Shown here: positions 9,922 through 20,031 of the stretch, one piece after another
How positions within the stretch are numbered: position 1 is the stretch's first letter
Layout: each line of letters starts with the position of its first letter
Assembly (NCBI GenBank): GCA_016208765.1
Contig: JACQXK010000009.1
Location: 118,255 to 182,254 of the forward strand
DNA: 64,000 nt
Reading direction: 5' to 3'
DNA from: Candidatus Omnitrophota bacterium
GTDB taxonomy: Bacteria; Omnitrophota; Gorgyraeia; Gygaellales; Profunditerraquicolaceae
Notes under the pieces: model-generated
The model's database searches: none
The model's input: only the letters and a program-made list of their open reading frames with translations
Told to the model about the DNA's origin: nothing
Made by a program: the position numbers and the translations under genes

Positions 9922-9949
9922 ATAAAAAATCTTGACAATTTAAAATTAT
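9922..9949 (+). promoter_or_regulatory. Sigma70-type promoter (TTGACA, 16 nt spacer, TGT-extended TAATAT)
   Basis: Near-consensus -35 TTGACA at 9922-9927 and extended -10 TGTGTAATAT ending at 9949, in the 200-bp gap upstream of traE. Confidence 0.5.
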
Positions 9950-10020
9950 TGTGTAATATTAAATTAACAATTAGGTAAAGTAGATTTAACACAGTCGCTA
10001 TCACTCGGTCGCAAGACCGG

Positions 10021-10064
10021 AGAAAAATAGGGCTGGTTTTCTGAAAGCAATTTCAGAGAGCCAG
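10021..10064 (+). terminator. Intrinsic terminator / attenuator hairpin in the traE leader
   Basis: GGCTGG ... CCAGCC outer stem with nested CTGAAA/TTTCAG inner stem, followed by TTTTTTATTT. Lies between the promoter at 9922 and the traE start at 10080. Confidence 0.5.
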
Positions 10065-10079
10065 CCTTTTTTATTTGCC

Positions 10080-10697
10080 ATGAATGATTTTAAACCAGAG
10101 AAATTAAAACGCACCGGTTTCGTTGAGAAATGGGCTCATGCAGAACAGACTTCTGCATTTTTGGGGATCAGCCTTTACGCTATTATTATTTTTTGTATAG
10201 CCTTATTGCTTACGTTATTTAAGGTATCCACAAAGCCCCAGGCCATTTATTACATCCCAAGCGCACAAGAAGCTGGCATTGCTTATCCTAACCGCATAGA
10301 TAAAACAATGATCTGCGGTTTTGCTTCAAACTGGCTCTTAAACCGCAATAACTTCACTCCCGCCACAGTCAAGGACACTTATCAAAGAGCAATGCGTTAT
10401 ATGGCGCCTGGGCTACTTTCCAGGACAAAGGCAAGCCTGGAAGATGAAATATTAAGAGTTACGCGCGACAATATCTCTTCGTTATTTTCCCTAAGCAAAG
10501 AGCCGGAATTAGAAGACTCAGGTACGGATTTTAAGGTAACGCTCACTGGAGAAAAGATTATTTTCATGGGCAAAGAAAAACTTGATGATCGTATTCTTCG
10601 TTACACTATGACCTTGCAAAGAATTTCGCCTATTGAGACCAACCCTTACGGAATAGTGATAGCGGGAGTAAAACAGGAAGAGGTAGAGACACAATGA
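10080..10697 (+). CDS. traE: TraE (VirB8-like) inner-membrane pilus assembly protein
   Basis: 205 aa; single N-terminal TM helix. Segment RAMRYMAPGLLSRTKASLEDEILRVTRDN aligns with F TraE ALLQYIRPGAQNQMKVILAEEAKRIKNDN. Confidence 0.55.
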   Translation: MNDFKPEKLKRTGFVEKWAHAEQTSAFLGISLYAIIIFCIALLLTLFKVSTKPQAIYYIPSAQEAGIAYPNRIDKTMICGFASNWLLNRNNFTPATVKDTYQRAMRYMAPGLLSRTKASLEDEILRVTRDNISSLFSLSKEPELEDSGTDFKVTLTGEKIIFMGKEKLDDRILRYTMTLQRISPIETNPYGIVIAGVKQEEVETQ

Positions 10698-11416
10698 AAA
10701 TACTTAAAAAGTTATTTATTTTAATGCTTGTTTCTAGGTTGGTTCTTACGGGGCAAGTTAATGCTTCAAGTGCATCGGATTACAGCGATGAGATTACCTT
10801 AAGGTTAAAAGCAGGCATGATTACCGAAGCTGAGTTTTCGGAAAAAATCACCAATGTCACAAAAAGTGCGGCAAGCGACATGCTGCAGATTGAAACACTC
10901 GGAAATAGGATTTTTTTGCTGCCCAGAGAAAATTTAGAATCGCAACTATACGTAATCACCCAGGACAATGTTTCCTATTGCCTGCATTTAATCATGGATG
11001 AAGCACAAGCTCCTACCCGCATAAAAATTAAGAAGCCTTATCAGAAGATAAACGAAGAGCAGGCCAATGTCACGGCAAATACGGTTGAACTAATGAAAGC
11101 GCTTCTTACTGGCAGGCAACCGGCGGGTGCAGTCAGCTCCAGGCTGCATCCCCAAGAGATTTTTAATAACGGTAAATTCCGTATAGTTATAGATGAGGCT
11201 TATGAGTTTTCCAATAATGTAAAAGCCCTTGTTCTGACTTTTGAGAACTTGGATCATAAACCGCTTGTCGTACCTATTGAGCATATAGAGCTTCCGGGTT
11301 TATTGGCCATAAGCATAGACAGTCAGATATTGGAGGCAAAGCCTTATGGCACTAACAAGAAGCATTCAAGTTACGCTACAAAGGCTTACATGATTGTGGA
11401 AGGGTTAACACAATGA
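10694..11416 (+). CDS. traK: TraK (VirB9/secretin-like periplasmic ring component)
   Basis: 240 aa with signal peptide (MKILKKLFILMLVSRLVLTGQVNASS). Size and position (after traE, before traB) match F TraK. Confidence 0.45.
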   Translation: MKILKKLFILMLVSRLVLTGQVNASSASDYSDEITLRLKAGMITEAEFSEKITNVTKSAASDMLQIETLGNRIFLLPRENLESQLYVITQDNVSYCLHLIMDEAQAPTRIKIKKPYQKINEEQANVTANTVELMKALLTGRQPAGAVSSRLHPQEIFNNGKFRIVIDEAYEFSNNVKALVLTFENLDHKPLVVPIEHIELPGLLAISIDSQILEAKPYGTNKKHSSYATKAYMIVEGLTQ

Positions 11417-12648
11417 AAATATCGCTTGATAAGATTCCCGGTTTTAATAAGCTTCCGCCGGTGCTGCGTAATAATCCGAAATTAGCTTTCGTGATTATTT
11501 CCTGTCTGGTTGTGGTTCTAATATTTTTGCTGTTTGCAGGAAGCAAGGAAACCCAAAAAATACAGAAAAGCCTGGGGTTAGTTGAAGCTAAGAAGGGTGC
11601 CGGCTTGACGGAGGATAAAGATGTCGGCGTTTTAGTGGGCTCTGTGGATACAAAGTCTTATGTTTTGCGCATTGAAAAGCAATATTACGACATCAGCTCG
11701 AAGTTTGATTCTTTGAATGAGCGCATCGGAGCACTTGAAAAGAACGATCAGGATTTACGTAAAAACCTAGGCGATGTAAGCAGCATTGTCATGGCCTTTG
11801 ATAAGAAAGTAACGGATAAATTTGAGCAGAAAACCGGCTTAACAAAGAAAAGCCTTGAGCGGGGGCAGAGCATCGGTTCTATTGAAGAGGCGTTAATTAA
11901 TCCTTTTTTCATGTCGCAACCAGCCGGCAAGACAATTAATCTGGAAATGGCTAAGGTTGGCGAAATAAGAAATGAGGAAAAAGCTCCCGGGAAGAATTAC
12001 GTTTATCTTCCTTTGGGCAGCTTTGTCAAATGTACTCTTCTTACCGGCGTGTATGCCCCTGCTAATGAAAGCAACCCCTTGCCGGTATTAATCAGCGTGG
12101 ATGAAGCTTTTTACGGCCCGAATAACACAAGGATTCCCTTAAAAGGTGCCTTTGCCATCGGCAAGGCAGTGGGCGATGTGGTCTCGAAAAGGGCAATCAT
12201 TCAGATTGTAAGTTTTTCCGTAGTATTGCCAAATGGACAAGTTTTTGAGCATGAGGCGAATTTGGGGTACTTGGCTGATAGCGACGGACGTTTAGGCATA
12301 CAGGGTGAGTTAATTTACAACACAGGAAAACAATTAGGCCTGAATTTTTTATCCGGATTCCTTGCAGGAGGCTCTGAGGCGCTCTCCCAGGCAGAGACCT
12401 CAACCGTTACCGGCGCATATGGACAAACTTCAAGGAATGTTACCGGCAACACCGGACGTTATTCCATGTTTTCAGGCCTGGCTAATAGCGCGCAAGGGAT
12501 GTCAAGTTACTATCAAAAACAGTTAGAAGCCATGATCCCTGCGGTAAAAATTGAGGCAGGAAAAAAAGCTGTTTTAGTTGTCCAGAAAGGAGTGCAAATT
12601 GAAGGCCTTGAAATTTCCAGTGATAATTTTGCTTCTCTTGATGACTAG
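11413..12648 (+). CDS. traB: TraB (VirB10-like)
   Basis: 411 aa; N-terminal TM helix (LAFVIISCLVVVLIFLLFAG), coiled-coil linker, beta-rich C-terminal domain. Position is between traK and traV. Confidence 0.5.
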   Translation: MKISLDKIPGFNKLPPVLRNNPKLAFVIISCLVVVLIFLLFAGSKETQKIQKSLGLVEAKKGAGLTEDKDVGVLVGSVDTKSYVLRIEKQYYDISSKFDSLNERIGALEKNDQDLRKNLGDVSSIVMAFDKKVTDKFEQKTGLTKKSLERGQSIGSIEEALINPFFMSQPAGKTINLEMAKVGEIRNEEKAPGKNYVYLPLGSFVKCTLLTGVYAPANESNPLPVLISVDEAFYGPNNTRIPLKGAFAIGKAVGDVVSKRAIIQIVSFSVVLPNGQVFEHEANLGYLADSDGRLGIQGELIYNTGKQLGLNFLSGFLAGGSEALSQAETSTVTGAYGQTSRNVTGNTGRYSMFSGLANSAQGMSSYYQKQLEAMIPAVKIEAGKKAVLVVQKGVQIEGLEISSDNFASLDD

Positions 12649-13000
12649 CGGATGTGTTGCGTCTAAAGGAATAGTGAAGGACAGCCCAAGCAGGGTAATG
12701 GATGTATACCTGGAGGCTGTTTCTGGCGGAAGGATAGATGCAGTTAACTATATAAAGGAAAACTTAAAAATTGATAAAGCCTTTGGCTATGTAAAGCCCT
12801 ATGTTCCGGTGGTTGAGCCTGCGGATGTGCGCATGGTATGGCTGCCGGCGCATAAGTCAAAATATTCATCTCAAGTTTTAGTCAGCGGCCATTGGGTTTA
12901 TGTCATGGTGAAAGATTCACGCTGGTTTATTGATACACAAGCTAAAGGTGAAGCAAAAATTCCCTTGATAGTCCCTTATAAGGAAGTTAACAAAAAATGA
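12578..13000 (+). CDS. traV: TraV-like outer-membrane lipoprotein
   Basis: Lipobox LLLLMTSGC. An in-frame TTG at 12608 would give a clean lipoprotein signal peptide and reduce overlap with traB. Sits in the traV position before traC. Confidence 0.4.
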   Translation: MSRKECKLKALKFPVIILLLLMTSGCVASKGIVKDSPSRVMDVYLEAVSGGRIDAVNYIKENLKIDKAFGYVKPYVPVVEPADVRMVWLPAHKSKYSSQVLVSGHWVYVMVKDSRWFIDTQAKGEAKIPLIVPYKEVNKK

Positions 13001-15534
13001 TGAAGACGCAAAGCATAGAGTCTTTTCTTGAAGAAGGCAAATCCTTTACAGAGCTTCTGCCTTATTATGCTCATGAAAACGGTTTTTTTGTGCTTAAAGA
13101 CGGAAGCCTGGGTCAGGTTTGGGAAGTTTCCTTAATCGAGAGCGAGACAAAATCCGTTGCTCATTTAGAGCAGTTAGCTCAGATGATAGAAGGAATCATA
13201 ATCCGGCTTCCCGAAGACCTGGTCAGTTGCCAGTTTATTCTTATGTGTGATGAAGATATTGACGATAAGCTCCAGAGTTATACGGATTTTTCCAAGGGTT
13301 TTGACAACGAGATAATAAGAGAGGCCGGTAAGGCTAAGCTTGGGCACCTTAATTTGGGAAAGCACGGTTTTTTTGAGCAGCATACAGGGCGCTATTCCTC
13401 AAAGAGAATACGCTGCTTTTTTACTTTGCGCTATTTTCCTTCCTGGTCGCATACAAATTTTTCCGATAAGCTTCAGTTCTATTTTACCGGGAGAAACAGG
13501 ATAAAAGAAAAACTCTCAGATGATTTCTTGGTAAATTGCCAGAGTATAACCCGGTTTTCGGATGTGGTGGAAGGCGTATTTAAGGCCTGTGAAATCAGGT
13601 ACTCTAAACTTTGCGAAACAGGTCTGCACCGGCTGCTTTATAAACTGCTGAATCCTAAGCGCGCGGATACCTTGCCTATGCCGGTATTTAGGGAATACGA
13701 GTCTCTTATAGACCAGCTTTTATATAACTCGCCTCGTGCCTCGTTAGAAGGTTTTGAATTTGAAGATAGATATTTTAAGGTGGTTACTTTAAAAGAGTTG
13801 CCTCTGTCTACGGAAACAGGCATGTTCACCGCAGAACTTATCAGGGGAACGCGTTTTTCCATGCTGGATTTATTGAAAGATTTTATCATGGTGATTAACT
13901 TTTACATACCAAAACAGGAGGAGGCAATAAGAAGGATAAAGATGCAAAAGGCCTTTGCCTTTATGCAGCGCTCTACATACTTCGGTGACAAGTCAATTGA
14001 GGCCTCTGAGAAAAAAGAGGAACTTGATTCTGTGATCAGAGAGACATTCAGTTCAGGCCACAAAATAATCTATCCAAGGATTCATTTTATTGTCTCGGAA
14101 AGCTCGCATGACAAATGCGAAACTTCCATTGCCAATATCTTAAATGTGTTATCCCGCATGGGCTGCGAGGGTCTAAAAGAAGAAATTATCGGCGCATCAT
14201 TATTTTTATCCTGCCTGCCTTTGTGTTTTGACCACGCTTACGAGAGATTTATTAAGCGCACCCGGCGCATGATTTCTTCTAACTTGAGCGACATGCTTCC
14301 TTTATACGGTTCAGTCAAAGGAACTCAAACCCCTGCGCAGGTGTATCTCAATAGAAGAGGGGAATTGGTTAATTGGGATTTCTTTGATTCCAATACCAAT
14401 CCGCATGCGATTATTATCGGGGCATCAGGGGCGGGGAAAAGTTTTTTTGTGAATGATTTTATCCTGCAGAATGCCCGGCTGGACGCACACTTTTTTGTTT
14501 TAGATAAGGGAGATTCTTATAAAAAACTCTGCCAGATCTTAGGCGGCCAGTACATCAGGTTTGAACTGAATGATCCGGTGACCATAAATCCTTTCTTAAA
14601 AGAACCGGATGCAGAACATTTGGCATTTTTGGTCACGGTATTATCCGAGATGTGCTCAGGGGGCGATGAAAGAGAGCGTCTTTTCAGGGAGCAGGAAGGC
14701 GTTCTGCAAAAGGCGATTCTCTCTGCTTACCAGGAGAGAAAGAATAAAGATGAGGAAGTAACGTTATCGGATGTCGTCGAGAAACTCAAAAGCCATGCCT
14801 GTAACAGGAGGCTGGGATTAGGCGAGAGCATTGGCTTAAAGCTTGCCCTAAAACTTACGCCTTTTACCAGGGAAGGTTCATACGGCAGGTTCTTTGACGG
14901 CAGGAATCAATTTAACCTGGGTACCAAGTTTACCGTATTTGAGTTGGGAAATTTAAGCGCGCATTCCGATTTGCAGCTTGTAGTTTTATTAAACATTATG
15001 TACTTCATTACCAATTTTGTCTCATCAAGCGAAATGAAGCCTAAGCGTAAATTCCTGCTTATAGATGAAGCCTGGAGCCTGCTGCGTTTAAAGAACACCG
15101 CTGAATTTATCACCAATTCCTTTAAGACTTACAGGAAATACCATTGCTCAGCTGTGGCCATAACACAGGAGATAGTTGACCTCGTGGGTGGAGACTGCGG
15201 TATTGCCATCCAGGCAAATGCCGCAAACAAGGTATTTTTAAAACAGGAGCCAAATGTTGTCGATTCCCTAAAAACCTTTGCCTCTTTGACGGATAAGGAA
15301 ATAGAGCTCTTGAAATCTGTTGAGACACAGAAGGGTAAGTTTTCAGAGGCTCTGATTATTTCTGATACTTCCCGTGGCGTAATACGTCTGGTGCCTGATC
15401 CGTTTCTTTACTGGGTAGCTACGAGTGATGCAAAGGATAATGAATATCTGGAGAATAAAGTACAGCAATTTGAAGGTAAATATTTAGAAGCGCTTGAAGC
15501 TTGCGCAAAGGAGCGTCCTTATGGGATACATTAA
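12997..15534 (+). CDS. traC: TraC / VirB4-family conjugative ATPase
   Basis: 845 aa; Walker A IIIGASGAGKSFF; Walker B FLLIDEAWSLL. F-TraC-like size. Confidence 0.8.
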   Translation: MMKTQSIESFLEEGKSFTELLPYYAHENGFFVLKDGSLGQVWEVSLIESETKSVAHLEQLAQMIEGIIIRLPEDLVSCQFILMCDEDIDDKLQSYTDFSKGFDNEIIREAGKAKLGHLNLGKHGFFEQHTGRYSSKRIRCFFTLRYFPSWSHTNFSDKLQFYFTGRNRIKEKLSDDFLVNCQSITRFSDVVEGVFKACEIRYSKLCETGLHRLLYKLLNPKRADTLPMPVFREYESLIDQLLYNSPRASLEGFEFEDRYFKVVTLKELPLSTETGMFTAELIRGTRFSMLDLLKDFIMVINFYIPKQEEAIRRIKMQKAFAFMQRSTYFGDKSIEASEKKEELDSVIRETFSSGHKIIYPRIHFIVSESSHDKCETSIANILNVLSRMGCEGLKEEIIGASLFLSCLPLCFDHAYERFIKRTRRMISSNLSDMLPLYGSVKGTQTPAQVYLNRRGELVNWDFFDSNTNPHAIIIGASGAGKSFFVNDFILQNARLDAHFFVLDKGDSYKKLCQILGGQYIRFELNDPVTINPFLKEPDAEHLAFLVTVLSEMCSGGDERERLFREQEGVLQKAILSAYQERKNKDEEVTLSDVVEKLKSHACNRRLGLGESIGLKLALKLTPFTREGSYGRFFDGRNQFNLGTKFTVFELGNLSAHSDLQLVVLLNIMYFITNFVSSSEMKPKRKFLLIDEAWSLLRLKNTAEFITNSFKTYRKYHCSAVAITQEIVDLVGGDCGIAIQANAANKVFLKQEPNVVDSLKTFASLTDKEIELLKSVETQKGKFSEALIISDTSRGVIRLVPDPFLYWVATSDAKDNEYLENKVQQFEGKYLEALEACAKERPYGIH

Positions 15535-15973
15535 AAAGTTTTTAGCGGTTAGTTTTATTCTGTTCTTAGTAGGCTGCTCTACTTTTGGCAAAAAAGACAA
15601 AGTTCTTGAAGCAGGGTATCGCACCGGGGTAAGGGAAAATATGCAGGATTTTGCTCAAAGCTTCTATGGAAATGATTTTCCTTACTTTTATTGGGAAAGC
15701 CCGGTTGTGCAAAACGTTAAAATTCCTGCACACATTGAAAACGGCGTATTTATACCTGAGCATAATGAGCCGGTAGTGATTGATCCGGCCCAGTGGAGGA
15801 ATAAACCAAGTTATCCTATAAATTGTCCCAAACCAGAGAAGAAATCAAACAAAAAAGAAGGAGGAGAGCCGTATGCGTTTAATTACCTTAATTTTAGTGT
15901 CAGGGATATTACTGTCTTGCCCGAATCTTTTACTTGCGTTAAACCAGGAGCAAAAAACAAAGATAATCGCTAG
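15494..15973 (+). CDS. Lipoprotein (possible pilotin for the downstream secretin)
   Basis: Lipobox LFLVGCS. The likely true start is the Met at 15521. Directly precedes the secretin gene. Confidence 0.3.
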   Translation: MKLAQRSVLMGYIKKFLAVSFILFLVGCSTFGKKDKVLEAGYRTGVRENMQDFAQSFYGNDFPYFYWESPVVQNVKIPAHIENGVFIPEHNEPVVIDPAQWRNKPSYPINCPKPEKKSNKKEGGEPYAFNYLNFSVRDITVLPESFTCVKPGAKNKDNR

Positions 15974-17411
15974 CGAGTGGAAAGAAGCACTAGCGCCAAA
16001 GAGAGATGTTACCGAAGTAAAAGAAACTCAAAACTGGCGGCCTAAGGAAAAAGCAGAAAGCCCTAAACTGGAACTGCCCCTAGTCTTTGACAAGAAGATT
16101 ACCTTGCGCTCATCCGGGGTAAGTTTAAAAACGCTTACTGCTAAAATCGGCGAAGTGACCGGATACAACGTTATCTATGATCCTGAGGTTGATTCAAATA
16201 CTAGCGTATCGCTTGATGTCCAGGACGTGCCTGTATGGCGTGCGTTGAATACCATGCTTTTTCCCTTAAGCTGCGGATTTAAGATAAAGGGTAATGATTT
16301 GATTATTCTTTCCAAGGAGACGCGCACCTTTAAATTAACCTTGCCGCCAAACACGCAGACCTTTTCTGATACCATCAGCAATGAATCATGGACAAAGCCG
16401 GATGAAGCGACTGCATCCTCTAGCAGCAATAACAATTCCAACATGAATATAAAGGTAGGGGCAAGAGTTTTTGTGGAAAGCAGGGAAGACGCCATGTCCT
16501 TTTGGAAGGATGTAGAGCTGAACCTGTCGAAGATGATTTCACCGACCGGAAAATACTCTTTTAACAAACTTGCAGGCTTGGTTATGGTAACAGACAGCCC
16601 GCAGGTCTTGGATAAAATAGCCAGCTACATTGACCTCGTCAACGCTGAGACTAACAAACAAATATTAGTTGAAGTAAAAATACTGGAAGTCACTCTTTCC
16701 CGCGAAAACACCTTTGGCATAGACTGGAATGCCATTTACAAGAACTTAGGCGACATAAAACAACTGACGTTATCTTCTAATTTTGCCGCGCAGAATCTTC
16801 TCAGCCCAGGGCTCTTTACTCTTACTGCTTCCGGCCCCAAAGAAGACTCAGGCACAGTTTCCAGCGGATTAAACGCGCTGATAAAAGCGCTTCAGTCGCA
16901 GGGACGAGTGGAAGTGGTTTCGCAGCCAAAGATAATGCTCTTAAATAACCAGGCAGCCATGGTTCAGGTGGGAACTGTGACGAGCTATGTTGCTAACACC
17001 ACAACTACGACCACACAGGCAGGCCTTGCTTCCACAAGTGCAACCACTGATCAGGTACAGGAAGGAGTATCTTTAAGGCTTATGGCAAGCATATTGGATG
17101 ATCAAATTCTGGTGCAGCTTACTCCTGTGGTAACCACACTTGACCAAATCCGAAGCATTAACATGGGGTCCGGCACAACCATTGAAGCGCCCAAGACTTC
17201 CACTAAATCCATGCACACCTTGGTTAAGATTAAAGACGGCCAAACTATCGCAGTTGGAGGTTTGATTACCTCTAACGACAATAATAGCGAGAAGGGCATA
17301 CCGCTTTTGCGCGATTTGCCGTTAATCGGAAAGTTTTTTGAATATAAGAGTAAGACCCATACGCGTACAGAGCTGGTAATTTTTATAACCCCTAAAATAT
17401 TACAAAGATGA
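15873..17411 (+). CDS. Secretin (GspD/PilQ/PilN-type outer-membrane channel)
   Basis: 512 aa; signal peptide. C-terminal secretin signature GGLITSNDNNSEKGIPLLRDLPLIGKFFEYKSKTHTRTELVIFITPKIL. Confidence 0.7.
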   Translation: MRLITLILVSGILLSCPNLLLALNQEQKTKIIASEWKEALAPKRDVTEVKETQNWRPKEKAESPKLELPLVFDKKITLRSSGVSLKTLTAKIGEVTGYNVIYDPEVDSNTSVSLDVQDVPVWRALNTMLFPLSCGFKIKGNDLIILSKETRTFKLTLPPNTQTFSDTISNESWTKPDEATASSSSNNNSNMNIKVGARVFVESREDAMSFWKDVELNLSKMISPTGKYSFNKLAGLVMVTDSPQVLDKIASYIDLVNAETNKQILVEVKILEVTLSRENTFGIDWNAIYKNLGDIKQLTLSSNFAAQNLLSPGLFTLTASGPKEDSGTVSSGLNALIKALQSQGRVEVVSQPKIMLLNNQAAMVQVGTVTSYVANTTTTTTQAGLASTSATTDQVQEGVSLRLMASILDDQILVQLTPVVTTLDQIRSINMGSGTTIEAPKTSTKSMHTLVKIKDGQTIAVGGLITSNDNNSEKGIPLLRDLPLIGKFFEYKSKTHTRTELVIFITPKILQR

Positions 17412-18592
17412 ACTACCTAATTTTTGATAACGATGTTTATTACGATATAGACGCTAAGACCGGCGTTGCATCTAAATACGCGATAAAGGCTGTTTTTGAG
17501 GGATCGACAAAGGAAGTTTCAGTTGCGGTTATCGACACTGTTCAAAAGCAGGTAGTTGCCCCGGAAAAATCCCCTTCCAAGAAAGACGAAGTTATAGCCT
17601 CAAGCTTTACAGGCGAATACCTGACGCAATCAGAGAGAATAGCGGAAAATTTATTTCAGGTTATCGCTGTCGAGAAACCCAAGATTAACGAGGTCTATAA
17701 ATGCCTTGGATTCGAAAATGTCCGGCTTGTGGTTCCCTACGGGATAGCCTTAAGAGAATTTCTGAAAAACAATAACATAGCTGGTGATAAGAAAAGAGTA
17801 GTCTTTCTGGACCATTTAGGCGATCAGGTTTTGCTTACGATTTTTAACAAGGATGTATTTACCACTCCCCGGCGCCTGTCAAAAGTGCTTCCGCAGGTTA
17901 CAAGAGAGTTGATGAGGAGCCAGGAAAGCTACAGGTCCCAGAATAAAACCGATGCAGAGATTAACTTCCTGATTGTTACTAACAGTAAAGAGATAATTGA
18001 TGAGATTGTTTCAAACGGCGTAGAAACAAAAGAAAATATTGTTTTTGTCCAGGATGCTTATCCGGCATTAACCGGCTTAAGGCAGGGTAAGTTTTCCATG
18101 CACTATATGCTGCCTGAGCAGTTTATCCGCTTAAGAGAGCTAAAAGAAGCAAAGAGGCGCGTTTTAAAACTCGGGGTAATGTTGAGTGTTTTGGCAGTTT
18201 TTCTGATTTTACTTTTAGCAAGCTTTAGCGTAAACAAAACCGCTTCCGTACATTTAAAAAATTTGCAGTTTGAGGAGGCCTCTTCTAATGAGACCTTAAA
18301 GAACGCCTACCTGGAAAAATATAAAGATATCTTAAGGCACGAGAAGAAGATAAATTTCCCTTATTACTTTAGCCTGTTTCTTCAGCCGCTGTCTCCCGAA
18401 TACAGAGTAGAGTCAATAACTATAAAGAGTTTATCTAATGGCCGTTACAGGTTTGAGGCAGTAGTGTCTTTAGGTACAAAGGACAAGCCTTTTACTAAGA
18501 TGAACCTCTCCCGCGTTTTTAAGCAGGCAAGAGTAGAAAACATTTTAGTAAAGGATAATCCGGGGCTAAAGGTCACTCTGGATATTTTCTAA
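17408..18592 (+). CDS. Pilus assembly protein with PilM/PilN-like topology (putative)
   Basis: 394 aa: ~250-aa cytoplasmic region, one TM helix (LGVMLSVLAVFLILLLASFSV), ~130-aa periplasmic tail. Located between the secretin and the PilB ATPase. Confidence 0.3.
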   Translation: MNYLIFDNDVYYDIDAKTGVASKYAIKAVFEGSTKEVSVAVIDTVQKQVVAPEKSPSKKDEVIASSFTGEYLTQSERIAENLFQVIAVEKPKINEVYKCLGFENVRLVVPYGIALREFLKNNNIAGDKKRVVFLDHLGDQVLLTIFNKDVFTTPRRLSKVLPQVTRELMRSQESYRSQNKTDAEINFLIVTNSKEIIDEIVSNGVETKENIVFVQDAYPALTGLRQGKFSMHYMLPEQFIRLRELKEAKRRVLKLGVMLSVLAVFLILLLASFSVNKTASVHLKNLQFEEASSNETLKNAYLEKYKDILRHEKKINFPYYFSLFLQPLSPEYRVESITIKSLSNGRYRFEAVVSLGTKDKPFTKMNLSRVFKQARVENILVKDNPGLKVTLDIF

Positions 18593-18612
18593 AAAAGAAG
18601 GGGGTGAAGCAG

Positions 18613-18828
18613 ATGTCATTTATTATTGGAAAAGTTACGCGCAAGGTAAGTAAGCAGCATAACGAGTATTTTACAGGAAAGGTCTGTAATTTGCCGGTAA
18701 GGGCGTCTTGGGCAAAAAAGGGCCAGGATGATTTATGTTTATTCCTGGACACAGAGAAAATCAATTTTCTTTCAGAGCAGAACAAAGTTCCAGGCGGTGC
18801 AGGCGCTCAGCAAGAGAATAAACAATAA
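18613..18828 (+). CDS. Small hypothetical protein (71 aa)
   Basis: GGGGGTG RBS upstream of the ATG at 18613. No recognisable motif. Confidence 0.2.
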   Translation: MSFIIGKVTRKVSKQHNEYFTGKVCNLPVRASWAKKGQDDLCLFLDTEKINFLSEQNKVPGGAGAQQENKQ

Positions 18829-18900
18829 CGGTTAAAATCCAGAGTGAGCCAGCCGGATTATTCAGGATCCGCTGGTTCACTCTCTAAACTTTAGAAACCC

Positions 18901-19386
18901 ATGAGAATAATAACCTTTGTTTTTGTAATAATAATTTTGGTCTTATCAGCATTGTTATGGAACTCTGCTTTGGATACCCGCTTTCTTTCCAGGCAGGCAA
19001 AGAACACCTCAGAAAGAATCAGCGCAGTTAAACAGGAGAAAGACGCTTTGCTTAAGTATAAAAGCCAAGCTTCGCTTCCCTTGGAAAAGTTTTATCTGGA
19101 AGTTTTTAACGATATAAAAGAATTATCTTTTTATTACCGCGCTGCTTCCGAAGTTAAGATTATTGAAGCAAAAGAGCTTGTAAATATACAGACATTTTTT
19201 AAAGAATCCCAATATAAGGGGATAAAGTATGTTGATGTCTTATGTCGGGTTGATTTAAAGAATCAGTTTGATACGTATTTATTTGATACGCTCTATAAAA
19301 TGCTAAAGGACAGGCCTATTGAAGTGCTCGAGGCAAGCTTAGAGAAAAACATCCTTAATTTAACCATGCGTCTTTACGGACCTTAA
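18901..19386 (+). CDS. PilO-like bitopic inner-membrane pilus assembly protein (putative)
   Basis: 161 aa; N-terminal TM helix followed by coiled-coil-like and alpha/beta regions. Confidence 0.25.
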   Translation: MRIITFVFVIIILVLSALLWNSALDTRFLSRQAKNTSERISAVKQEKDALLKYKSQASLPLEKFYLEVFNDIKELSFYYRAASEVKIIEAKELVNIQTFFKESQYKGIKYVDVLCRVDLKNQFDTYLFDTLYKMLKDRPIEVLEASLEKNILNLTMRLYGP

Positions 19387-19394
19387 AAAGGAGG

Positions 19395-20030
19395 GTGAGT
19401 AAAATGAGAAGAATTTTGTTTCTATTTTTATTTTTCATGGCTATGGCAGGGTTTAAATACGCTTATTGCCAGGATAATCTTTTGGCGGTGGATGTCGTTG
19501 ATAACAAACAAAAGGCTTTAACACAAGAAAATAAACCTCTTGCCAAAGACGTGAATGTCAATAAGGCCGAAGCGGCTATAGAGGAAGTAAAGCCGCGTGA
19601 TGATTCTGAACAAGACCTTAAAGAAATAAAAGCCTATAGAGGGCTCTTAGAGAATAAACAAAAGGAACTTGAGGTAATCAGGCTTGACCTTGAGAAAAGT
19701 GATCTCATGTTAAAGAAAAGGCAGGCGGAAAAGGAGATTTATGAAATTGACAAGGCCCTTCCGCAGGGAAAGGCCGAAGTTTCTTCCTTGCCGGGTTCGT
19801 CTGCTCAAGCGGAAAAAGATTCCCTGGTTGATACCTCTGATATAAAAATACAGCTTCTATTGATAGCTGGTGATTTAAAGCAAGGCCAGGTCAGCTTAAA
19901 AGGTGTTCCTTACAGTTTTAAAGAGGGGGATTCTGTCGCCTCAAAATTAACTGCTCAAGAAATTGCAGCGTCGGGTGTTACCTTCAAGCAGCCAGATGGA
20001 AGTATTTTTAAGCTTAATTTCATAAACTAA
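19395..20030 (+). CDS. PilP-like periplasmic / lipoprotein pilus assembly protein (putative)
   Basis: 211 aa; signal peptide ending in Cys (AYC), Lys/Glu-rich linker, C-terminal beta-rich domain. Immediately upstream of the pilB-like gene. Confidence 0.25.
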   Translation: MSKMRRILFLFLFFMAMAGFKYAYCQDNLLAVDVVDNKQKALTQENKPLAKDVNVNKAEAAIEEVKPRDDSEQDLKEIKAYRGLLENKQKELEVIRLDLEKSDLMLKKRQAEKEIYEIDKALPQGKAEVSSLPGSSAQAEKDSLVDTSDIKIQLLLIAGDLKQGQVSLKGVPYSFKEGDSVASKLTAQEIAASGVTFKQPDGSIFKLNFIN

Positions 20031-20031
20031 A

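Noticed and set aside
18843-18885. Hairpin AGAGTGAGCCAGC ... GCTGGTTCACTCT downstream of the small ORF at 18613
   Set aside because: 13-bp stem but no following T-run. Could be an RNA processing site or protein-binding palindrome, but evidence for an intrinsic terminator is insufficient.
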